Sequence record: MT778837.1
DNA length: 24,000 nt
DNA from: Rhizobium phage AF3
Reading direction: 5' to 3' (one strand)
Positions 16,423 to 23,696 of this stretch are shown here, in pieces. A program made the translations under genes and the position numbers. A model generated the notes under the pieces. It searched no databases. It was not told the DNA's origin and was given only the letters and a program-made list of their open reading frames with translations. Position 1 is the first letter of the stretch; each line of letters opens with the position of its first letter.

Positions 16423-16812
16423 ATGCATCCACACCACGTATTCCAAGACGACGAGTTCGTCATCAAGCACGAGCCCACGATGTGGTACGAGATCTGTATG
16501 GCAGGAGACATCAGTCACGCCAAACAACTCGTTCGAAGATACTGCTTCGAAGTAGGTCTCTGTGTGACTATCGATCCAACGACTTACATCTACACCGGTG
16601 GTGAAGAAGAAGGATTCAAGATCCGACTGATCCACTATCCTCGCTTTCCGACTGGTCGAATGGAGATCAGGATGAAAGCAACAGAGCTCGGAATCCGGCT
16701 CGCAAGAGAGCTCGCCCAGACGTCATTCTCTGTAGTAGGAGACGACAACACGTACTGGTACACGAGACGGCCATCCGACGTCAAATCAGCAACAGGAAAG
16801 GAAAAGGCATGA
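16423..16812 (+). CDS. Hypothetical soluble protein
   Basis: 129 aa; GCGGAGAG RBS; ATGA overlap with next gene. Confidence 0.8.
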   Translation: MHPHHVFQDDEFVIKHEPTMWYEICMAGDISHAKQLVRRYCFEVGLCVTIDPTTYIYTGGEEEGFKIRLIHYPRFPTGRMEIRMKATELGIRLARELAQTSFSVVGDDNTYWYTRRPSDVKSATGKEKA

Positions 16813-17252
16813 TCGGCAAGCTCCAGAGATGGATCGTATTCAACTGCGTCGTATCGTTCATAGCGATCTACTTCGCCCAAGCACACGGACTCCATGAGTA
16901 CGTGGTCCATGCAGACAAGACGTATCTCGCACGGATCGTCGTCGTTCTGTACACTCTCGTCACGTTCTACATTGCTTTCGCAATCGTCAAACAGCAGAAA
17001 TTGAACGACAGCGTTCTCGACTACGCTTCCATCCTCGCGATGGGTCTCGGACTGATCGGTGCAATCATCGGCATGTCATCGTCGTATCGAGCACTCGAAA
17101 CCTTCGATCCGAACGACGTGACGAAGCTCATCCGTCTAATCGGCGAAGTCGCAGCGGCCGGACCAATTTCGACAGTCTTCGGCATTGCTGTATGGCTCCT
17201 GATCGACGCCCAGCGTCTGATCGTCAATCTCGGAAGAGGTGATGCCAAATGA
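16809..17252 (+). CDS. Polytopic membrane protein, MotA/TolQ/ExbB-like candidate
   Basis: 147 aa, about 4 hydrophobic segments; YASILAMGLGLIGAIIGMSSSYRAL and LIGEVAAAGPISTVFGIAVWLLI resemble the two channel-lining helices of the family. Confidence 0.8.
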   Translation: MIGKLQRWIVFNCVVSFIAIYFAQAHGLHEYVVHADKTYLARIVVVLYTLVTFYIAFAIVKQQKLNDSVLDYASILAMGLGLIGAIIGMSSSYRALETFDPNDVTKLIRLIGEVAAAGPISTVFGIAVWLLIDAQRLIVNLGRGDAK

Positions 17253-17854
17253 AGAGTTTCAAGGTTTGGCTCGCATACGTCGACTTCCTTCTGACATGCT
17301 TGACCATCTCCTTGGTGCTCAACGGTGTCATCCTTCAGAAGTACGTCGAGGTGAAGACGCTCGTTCAAGGCAACACGATCGACAAGTCGGAGTTTCTCAT
17401 CGAGATGACATGGGAAGACGGATCTCTGAATGACGTCGACCTTCTCGTCCAGGATCCACGCGGAGCACTCGTCTTCTACCAGACGACAAACGTCGGTTTC
17501 ATGACTCTTGACAGAGACGATCGCGGATCTGCCAACAACAGTGTTCGAACAGAGAACGGCAACATCATCACGAGTAATGTCCGGAGAGAGGTGGTGTCGA
17601 TCAGAGGCATCATCCCTGGTCGATACATCGTGAACGGAAGAATGTTCGCCAACAACGCGGGTCCCGCGTCGAACGTGAGAGTCATCGTTCGGAAGCTCAA
17701 TCCGTACGTCGAGATTTCAGACAACGTGTACTCTCTTCTCTCTCGAACTGACGAGAAGACGTACGTCTCATTCGAACTCGACGACAAAGGAAATGTGATA
17801 TCGAAAGATCTCATGACTCAGTTTCCTCTGTCAGCCAAAGCCAAGCTCAACTAG
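17249..17854 (+). CDS. Single N-terminal TM protein with ExbD/MotB-like topology and beta-rich extracytoplasmic domain
   Basis: 201 aa; TM segment LAYVDFLLTCLTISLVLNGVIL has an Asp at its start as in ExbD/TolR/MotB; C-terminal DVDLLVQDPRGALVFYQTTNVGFMTLDRDDRG; ATGA overlap with the 16809 gene. Confidence 0.8.
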   Translation: MKSFKVWLAYVDFLLTCLTISLVLNGVILQKYVEVKTLVQGNTIDKSEFLIEMTWEDGSLNDVDLLVQDPRGALVFYQTTNVGFMTLDRDDRGSANNSVRTENGNIITSNVRREVVSIRGIIPGRYIVNGRMFANNAGPASNVRVIVRKLNPYVEISDNVYSLLSRTDEKTYVSFELDDKGNVISKDLMTQFPLSAKAKLN

Positions 17855-17863
17855 GAGAGCGAC

Positions 17864-18313
17864 ATGATCGACACAACCATCACCTACACGATCTTGGGCC
17901 TTTCTCTTCTCACGATCGTCTGCTTCATGAACAAGCTTAAGTGGGCAACCGTCTTCGTCATTCCGATCGCGTTCCTCTGCTACTATTCGTACGTCTCGAA
18001 TCTTCCGAAGCAGCTCGGCTATCCTGTCGACTGGAAACTCACCGAGTCTGAGGAAGCCACGTTCCTCTACGGCACCGAAGGCAAAGACTTCATCTACATG
18101 ACAGTGCTCGAGAAGGATCTGCGTGTTCCACGTTTGATCCAGATGGTGAATACGAAGGAGAACCGCGAAGGACTCCAGAAGCTCATCAAGAAGCAGCAAG
18201 AAGGACGGACTGCTTCTATCGGACGTGGCAATCCGGACGACGGAGAGAGAAACACCATCGGCGACTTCACTGTCCACGACGGAGCAGCCGGTTCTGCGGA
18301 AGAGACGAAGTAG
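17864..18313 (+). CDS. Membrane protein with two N-terminal TM segments
   Basis: 149 aa; TITYTILGLSLLTIVCFM and KWATVFVIPIAFLCYYSYV followed by a soluble domain. Confidence 0.8.
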   Translation: MIDTTITYTILGLSLLTIVCFMNKLKWATVFVIPIAFLCYYSYVSNLPKQLGYPVDWKLTESEEATFLYGTEGKDFIYMTVLEKDLRVPRLIQMVNTKENREGLQKLIKKQQEGRTASIGRGNPDDGERNTIGDFTVHDGAAGSAEETK

Positions 18314-18368
18314 CAAACTGTTCAACAAACAAGTTTACGATCCTTCGAAGAAGTGATAAGAATCATTC

Positions 18369-18857
18369 ATGGCAAGAAAACGCAATTATGTTGACGGACC
18401 TGCGGTAACGAAGGTGCTCAACGAGTTCTACTATCAACGAAAGGAGGCCCTGGAGAAAGGGCTTCCAGAACCATTCCTTCCTCCTGAAGTCGGTGACGCA
18501 ATTCTTGCTATCGCTCAGCACTATTCGTCATCCGGCAAGTTCAGCAGAGTCCCTGACAAGAAGGACATGATCTCCTCAGGAGTCCTCTCGGCAATGGAAA
18601 ACGTTGCTCGGAAGTACGATCCGGAGAAGTCAGAGACGAAGAACGCGTTCAGCTTCCTCACGTCTCTCGTCTACTTCGGTTTTCTCGGATACTTCGAAGG
18701 AGAGAAGAAGAACCTGAGAGCTAAGAACGCATACATTCACGCTCTAACGAACGGACACGCGACCATCAGTGGTCAGACCGTCTCTTCGAACAACACGTCT
18801 CTGAAGAAACTTCAACAGACGATCGATCAATTCAACCTAGACATGAAAGGAACGTGA
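18369..18857 (+). CDS. 55: Late transcription sigma-like factor, gp55-like
   Basis: 162 aa; IAQHYSSSGKFSR...KKDMISSGVLSAMENVARKYDPEKSETKNAFSFLTSLVYFGFLGYFEGEKK matches the T4 gp55 pattern; located upstream of 47/46/45 as in T4. Confidence 0.85.
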   Translation: MARKRNYVDGPAVTKVLNEFYYQRKEALEKGLPEPFLPPEVGDAILAIAQHYSSSGKFSRVPDKKDMISSGVLSAMENVARKYDPEKSETKNAFSFLTSLVYFGFLGYFEGEKKNLRAKNAYIHALTNGHATISGQTVSSNNTSLKKLQQTIDQFNLDMKGT

Positions 18858-19837
18858 TGACAGATGTCTTCATCACAGGCGGCTTCCGGCTCGGTAAGAC
18901 GAACCAGAACGTCGATCTGATCTCCGAACTCGAGAAGTACGTCGAATGGCTGTGCGAACAGTCTTCTTCGAACCCATCTCTCGACGGAACTGCGCTTGTC
19001 GTAGCTGGCAACTTCTTCGACACCAAGCGAGCACTGACGATCGCCCAGTATCACAAAGCGAATTCGATCATCAATCGACTGAACAGCGATTTCGAAGCGA
19101 TCTACTTCCTCGTCGGAGATCGTGACATTCCTGGTCGCAAGAACGATGGCGAAACGCTGTACGACTTCTTCGAGTTCGGTCACGAAGACATCCACATCAT
19201 CAAAGAGAAGACCGAGATCAAGGTCGGCAAGAAGACGATCAATCTGTTTCCTTACGGAACCAAGGTCGACGTCGACTCGTTTCTGAAGGATGATGTCGCT
19301 GTGTTCTGCGACGCATCTGGAGAAATCGTCAAGTCCCCTGGCATCCAGTACTACAACGGTCAGTTTCCTCTGTGGACCAAAGTCGACAACTACACGAGTC
19401 TCGGTTCTCCGTTCCAGATGTCATGGGACGACGTCGAGAACCCTGGCGGCTACGTTCTGATCTCCGACAGCGACGAGAACGATTCATTCGTCGTTCCGTA
19501 CAAGCGAAAGATCTTTCAGAAGGTTGCTCTGAAGGACAACAAGATCGACGGCAAGAACCCTGTCAAGTGGCTGTCTGACAACAAGAAGCTGCTCGACGGC
19601 ACGTGTCTCGAAGTGGTCATCGATCCTGAGACAGACAAGACGATCTACAGCAAGTTCGTCGGAGTCCTCGGAACTGTCAAACTCGCCGATCTCAAACTGT
19701 CCGAAACATTCAGTTTCACAACGGACAAGACGATGAGTAGTTCTAGACCTGACTTCGCCGAGTCTCTCTATCCTCTCCTCTCTCGAGACGGGTCGAAATC
19801 GAAACTCAAGCGCATCATCGAAAAGCTCGGAGGCTAA
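18854..19837 (+). CDS. 47: gp47/SbcD/Mre11-family recombination subunit with degenerate active site
   Basis: Position before gp46 and co-linear motifs: VFITGGFRLG, VVAGNFFDTKRALT, YFLVGDRDIPG, LGSPFQMSWDDVENPGGYVLI. Start GTG 18854 or ATG 18857. Confidence 0.8.
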   Translation: MMTDVFITGGFRLGKTNQNVDLISELEKYVEWLCEQSSSNPSLDGTALVVAGNFFDTKRALTIAQYHKANSIINRLNSDFEAIYFLVGDRDIPGRKNDGETLYDFFEFGHEDIHIIKEKTEIKVGKKTINLFPYGTKVDVDSFLKDDVAVFCDASGEIVKSPGIQYYNGQFPLWTKVDNYTSLGSPFQMSWDDVENPGGYVLISDSDENDSFVVPYKRKIFQKVALKDNKIDGKNPVKWLSDNKKLLDGTCLEVVIDPETDKTIYSKFVGVLGTVKLADLKLSETFSFTTDKTMSSSRPDFAESLYPLLSRDGSKSKLKRIIEKLGG

Positions 19838-19840
19838 AAC

Positions 19841-21466
19841 TTGGAACTCGTCTTCAAGGAAATCACATTCAAGAACTTCCTGTCGTACGGCAATCAGCCT
19901 ACGACCATCAACTTCACAGCTGCGAAGTCTTCGCTCATCGTGGCTGCCAACGGTTCTGGCAAGACTGCTGCCATGATCGACTCTGTGTTCTTCGCTCTTC
20001 TCGGAGAAGCGTTCAGAAACATCAAGAAAGCACAGATCTCGAACTCGATCAACGTCAAGGACTGCCTGGTCGATCTCAGCTTCTCTCTGGACTCCGTCGA
20101 CTATCGTGTCGTACGTGGCATCAAGCCTGACGTCTTCCAGGTGTTCGAGAACGACCAGGAACTCTGGGAAGATCTCAAAGGATCTGACAAGCAGAAGAAC
20201 CTCAACGACATCATCAAGCTCGACAAGACTCTGCTCACGAACCTCATTCTGATCTCGGAAGAGAACGTGCCATTCATGCGTCTGGATGGTCCGAGTCGTC
20301 GAACCTTCGTCGAGCGTGTTCTCGGTCTGGAGATCTTCACTCACATTCACAACGTCGTGAAGAAAGAGCTGAAAGATCTCAAGGAACCGTACGCACAGCT
20401 GAAGGCGAAGGTCGACAGCAAGCAGGAACTCATCAACCGTCTCAATCGCATCGTCGAGAACTCTGACTCTCCTGATCAGTCCGTGATCGATGACTGCAAG
20501 GCGAAGATCGCTCGTATCGATGGCTTTCTCGAGAAAGCTGAACCGACTCTCAAGAAGATCGGCGATGAGATCGATCGACTCACGAGTGAGATGTCTGAAG
20601 CGAACGCAGGACTTCGTGTCGCCAACGATGCACTGAGTCGAGCAGAGAGCAATCTCTTGAAGTTCGAATCTGGTACGTGTCCGACATGCGGCAACGAAAT
20701 CCATTCGGACAAGATCGAGTGCTTTCAGGAAGAGAAGACGAAGGCATCTGACGAGAAGAAGGCTGCATCGACAACTCTCGCATCTGTGAACGAGGCACTC
20801 TCTCCTCTTCGGAAGAAGGAGTCTGACGGCAAGGCAAAGGTCGACGACGTCAGGAATCAGAGACGTCAGCTCGAGTCGATGATCACCAAGGAAGAGGCGA
20901 AGCAGATTGCCAACGTCGATGAAGAGCTCGAAGAAGCGACGAACGAACTCGCAGATCTCCTCGAGAAATTCACAGACACGAAGGACGACTTCGACGACTT
21001 CACAGAACTCGACAAGACTCTGAAGTCCGGAGACGCGAAGCTTCCGATCATCAGCGACTACATTCCGTTCTTCAATCAGCAGATCAACGAACATCTCGAA
21101 CGGTTCGGTCTGCAGGTCTTCTTCGAACTCGACTCGGAGTTCAACGAGACGATCCGAGCACGGTACAAGGATCTGTTCTCTTACGAAAGCTTCTCTCGCG
21201 GTCAGAGAGAGCGCATCAACTTCGCGATCCTGATGACATGGCGTGACATCGCTTCGAAGCTCTCGTCACTGACCACCAATCTTCTGATCGTCGACGAGTT
21301 CGCATCCAAGCTCGACGAGAACGGGTTCGAGACGATTTCGAAAGCACTCGGTGATCTCGATGCCAACATCTTCTGCATCGTTCCTGTCGAGAAGTCTTCG
21401 ATGGACTTCGATCGTCGGATGAAGATCACGTTTCAGAATGGCTTCAGTGTCCTGGAGGAAGTGTGA
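19841..21466 (+). CDS. 46: gp46/SbcC/Rad50-family recombination ATPase
   Basis: 541 aa; FKNFLSYGN, IVAANGSGKT Walker A, CPTCG zinc hook, FSRGQRERINFAI signature, NLLIVDEFASKLD Walker B; TTG start after GGAGG. Confidence 0.92.
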   Translation: MELVFKEITFKNFLSYGNQPTTINFTAAKSSLIVAANGSGKTAAMIDSVFFALLGEAFRNIKKAQISNSINVKDCLVDLSFSLDSVDYRVVRGIKPDVFQVFENDQELWEDLKGSDKQKNLNDIIKLDKTLLTNLILISEENVPFMRLDGPSRRTFVERVLGLEIFTHIHNVVKKELKDLKEPYAQLKAKVDSKQELINRLNRIVENSDSPDQSVIDDCKAKIARIDGFLEKAEPTLKKIGDEIDRLTSEMSEANAGLRVANDALSRAESNLLKFESGTCPTCGNEIHSDKIECFQEEKTKASDEKKAASTTLASVNEALSPLRKKESDGKAKVDDVRNQRRQLESMITKEEAKQIANVDEELEEATNELADLLEKFTDTKDDFDDFTELDKTLKSGDAKLPIISDYIPFFNQQINEHLERFGLQVFFELDSEFNETIRARYKDLFSYESFSRGQRERINFAILMTWRDIASKLSSLTTNLLIVDEFASKLDENGFETISKALGDLDANIFCIVPVEKSSMDFDRRMKITFQNGFSVLEEV

Positions 21467-21467
21467 C

Positions 21468-21683
21468 ATGAAAGAACTTACGGAAGAATCAGTGAAGGAG
21501 GAGATCGCACGTCTCCTCACAACCTCCATTCAGATGGCCAGGTTCGAAGACCATCTCTCGCAAGAGTACATCAAGAGGGCCTGTGACTCTGTCGCAGAAC
21601 TGACGGTGAACTTCGTGAAGAAAACAGCGAAAGAAGAAGCTCGCAAGGCGTCTTCTCCTCTATTCAGTTTCGGAGAACGGTGA
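21468..21683 (+). CDS. Hypothetical protein (position of T4 45.2)
   Basis: 71 aa from ATG 21468 (MKELTEESVKEE...), preferred over track start 21438. Confidence 0.7.
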   Translation: MKELTEESVKEEIARLLTTSIQMARFEDHLSQEYIKRACDSVAELTVNFVKKTAKEEARKASSPLFSFGER

Positions 21684-21949
21684 TGGAGCCTGATGGTCCA
21701 CTGACAGGCGGACTGCCTTTTCACAGCGACGAGACGATGATGTTCGCTTGTCGCTCTCCGACGAAGGAAGAGATCAGCAATCAGCTCGACGAACTGATAG
21801 CAGACAACCAGGACAAGGCGAAGGCTGTGTTCGACAAGCCTCAACTGATCGACTGGTTCGTTGGTCAGATCATGAAGAAGCACGGCGGAAAGCCTGATCC
21901 GAACTTCGTTCGTCGTCTCGCTGATGACAAGCTCATTCTCGAAGTATGA
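21683..21949 (+). CDS. Hypothetical protein (position of T4 rpbA)
   Basis: 88 aa from ATG 21683 (or GTG 21680), overlapping the upstream stop. Confidence 0.7.
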   Translation: MEPDGPLTGGLPFHSDETMMFACRSPTKEEISNQLDELIADNQDKAKAVFDKPQLIDWFVGQIMKKHGGKPDPNFVRRLADDKLILEV

Positions 21950-21960
21950 ACGTTTCGACA

Positions 21961-21986
21961 ATCACGTTTCACTTCTGAGACGTGAT
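21961..21986. repeat. 7-bp inverted repeat ATCACGT / ACGTGAT
   Basis: Arms 21961-21967 and 21980-21986 in the gap upstream of gp45. Confidence 0.7.
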
Positions 21987-22024
21987 GTCTTACAAAGAAC
22001 TATCACCAACAAATGGAGTATAAG

Positions 22025-22735
22025 TTGAAACTCGAAAAGACTACGATCAGTATCCTCAAGCATCTCGGTTCCTTGGCACCGTCCATTCACATCGTTCCGA
22101 TGGACAATCAGCGCTTCTATGCTGCTCCTGAGAACAAAGCTATCGTTGCGATGGCAAAGAATGTTCAGTCGTTCCAAGACGAGATGCCTATCTACAACAT
22201 CAAGAACTTCGTTCAGGCGCTCGAACTGTTCAACGACACCGAATATTCTCTGCAGACTTTCAAGGATCGTGTCGAAATCAAGTCTGACGACGGCGTGTTC
22301 AACCAGACGTACAACCTGGCTGACTCTGCGATCCTGGTCGTTCCGACTCCTGAAAAGGTCGACACCTACTTCGCAGCGAACATCGCAGTCGAATTCGAAT
22401 TCTCTGACGCATTCCTCGCCAAGCTCAAGAGCGGTGTGTCGCAGAACGGTTCGTCTCACGTCTTCTTCGAGTGTGACGGCGGTGACATCGTGGTTCGCGC
22501 AGCTGATGCATCCACTGAAGGTCGTATCGAGAAGACCAGCAACCAGTTCGCTGTGAAGACCGGTCATCAGTCGGACGTCAAGTTCCGAGTCGCTATCGCA
22601 TCGTCCTCTCTGCTCTCGACTGCTTCTGGTTCGTATAAGGTCGGCGTGAGCAAGCAGCTCATCAGACTGTCTGCACCCGAAGAAGCGTACGTCAGCTACG
22701 TCATTCCGTCGAGCAAATTCTCCACCTACGAATAA
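22025..22735 (+). CDS. 45: DNA polymerase sliding clamp, gp45-like
   Basis: 236 aa; TTG 22025 start gives MKLEKTTISILKHL, parallel to T4 gp45 MKLSKDTTALLKNF; GGAG RBS at 22015-22018 excludes the ATG 22013 start. Confidence 0.9.
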   Translation: MKLEKTTISILKHLGSLAPSIHIVPMDNQRFYAAPENKAIVAMAKNVQSFQDEMPIYNIKNFVQALELFNDTEYSLQTFKDRVEIKSDDGVFNQTYNLADSAILVVPTPEKVDTYFAANIAVEFEFSDAFLAKLKSGVSQNGSSHVFFECDGGDIVVRAADASTEGRIEKTSNQFAVKTGHQSDVKFRVAIASSSLLSTASGSYKVGVSKQLIRLSAPEEAYVSYVIPSSKFSTYE

Positions 22736-22745
22736 GAGGTCAATC

Positions 22746-23696
22746 TTGTCAATCAAGAAACTCGTGAACGAGACCATCTGGTCTCAGGCTTACCGTCCGC
22801 AGACTCTCGCAGACGTCATCCTTCCGGAAGAACTCCGGGAGGAAATGAACTCGATCGTCGAGAAGAAAGAGCTCCTTCACACGATCTTCTCTGGCCGAGC
22901 TGGCACAGGCAAGACGACTCTTGCGAAAGTCATCATCAACGAGATCGGTGCTGACTATCTGTTCCTCAACGGGTCTGCTGAACGCGGTATCGACGTCATT
23001 CGTCACAAGATCACGAACTACTGTGCCTCGATGTCGCTCGACGGAAATCAGAAGATCGTTCTCTTCGACGAGGCTGACCAGCTCACTCAGGATGCTCAGC
23101 TCGCACTACGTGCAGTCATGGAAGAATTCTCGTCCAACGTCACGTTCTTTCTGACTGCCAACTTCCCTGATCGCATCGGTGATCCACTTCGTTCTCGTTG
23201 TCAAGAGATCAAGTTCGACTTCAGCAAGAGCAAGAAAGAGCTCATGCAGAAGATGGCAATCCGGTCTGCCAAGATCCTGAAGAACGAGAACGTCGAGTTC
23301 GAAAAGGAAGCACTGATCGCTATCGTCAAGGCCAAGTTCCCTGACATGCGTTCGATCATCAACTCGCTTCAGCAGTACGGGACGAAAGGCAAGATCGACA
23401 ACTCAATCGTCGATCGAGTCAAGACGACATCTATCGATGGTCTGTTCGAGATCCTTCGACAGAAGCGCTTCAAGGACATGGTCAAGTGGGTTCTCGAGAA
23501 CGTCTCTGATCCGGTTCAGTTCGTCAACGAGCTGTGGTTCATCGGCGAAGAGAAAGTCGAACCGAAGTCACTGCCTTACTACGCGGTGTTCCTCGACGAT
23601 CTCCAAGATCGACTCACTCGTGTTCCTGACAAGTTCTTGTCTGTGATCGCGACTCTGACGAAGATCATGGCAGAAGTGGACATCATCAAAGAATGA
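22746..23696 (+). CDS. 44: Clamp loader large subunit, gp44-like AAA+ ATPase
   Basis: 316 aa; QAYRPQTLADVILP, SGRAGTGKTTLAK, IVLFDEADQLT, TANFPDRIGDPLRSRC; TTG start. Confidence 0.95.
   Translation: MSIKKLVNETIWSQAYRPQTLADVILPEELREEMNSIVEKKELLHTIFSGRAGTGKTTLAKVIINEIGADYLFLNGSAERGIDVIRHKITNYCASMSLDGNQKIVLFDEADQLTQDAQLALRAVMEEFSSNVTFFLTANFPDRIGDPLRSRCQEIKFDFSKSKKELMQKMAIRSAKILKNENVEFEKEALIAIVKAKFPDMRSIINSLQQYGTKGKIDNSIVDRVKTTSIDGLFEILRQKRFKDMVKWVLENVSDPVQFVNELWFIGEEKVEPKSLPYYAVFLDDLQDRLTRVPDKFLSVIATLTKIMAEVDIIKE

Noticed and set aside
19484-21094. Very long antisense ORF (536 aa) opposite gp47/gp46
   Set aside because: Mirror of strong codon bias in the sense genes; low-complexity composition (repeated VRLE/LVDD/RSRR-type runs), spans two sense genes, no RBS context, and all supported genes are on the + strand.
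22119-22556. + strand 145 aa ORF in another frame inside gp45
   Set aside because: Low-complexity Ser/Thr/Arg composition, wholly internal to the clamp gene.
21962-22777. Antisense ORF 271 aa opposite gp45
   Set aside because: Sense strand encodes the sliding clamp; the antisense product is non-homologous-looking and Asp/Val/Arg biased.
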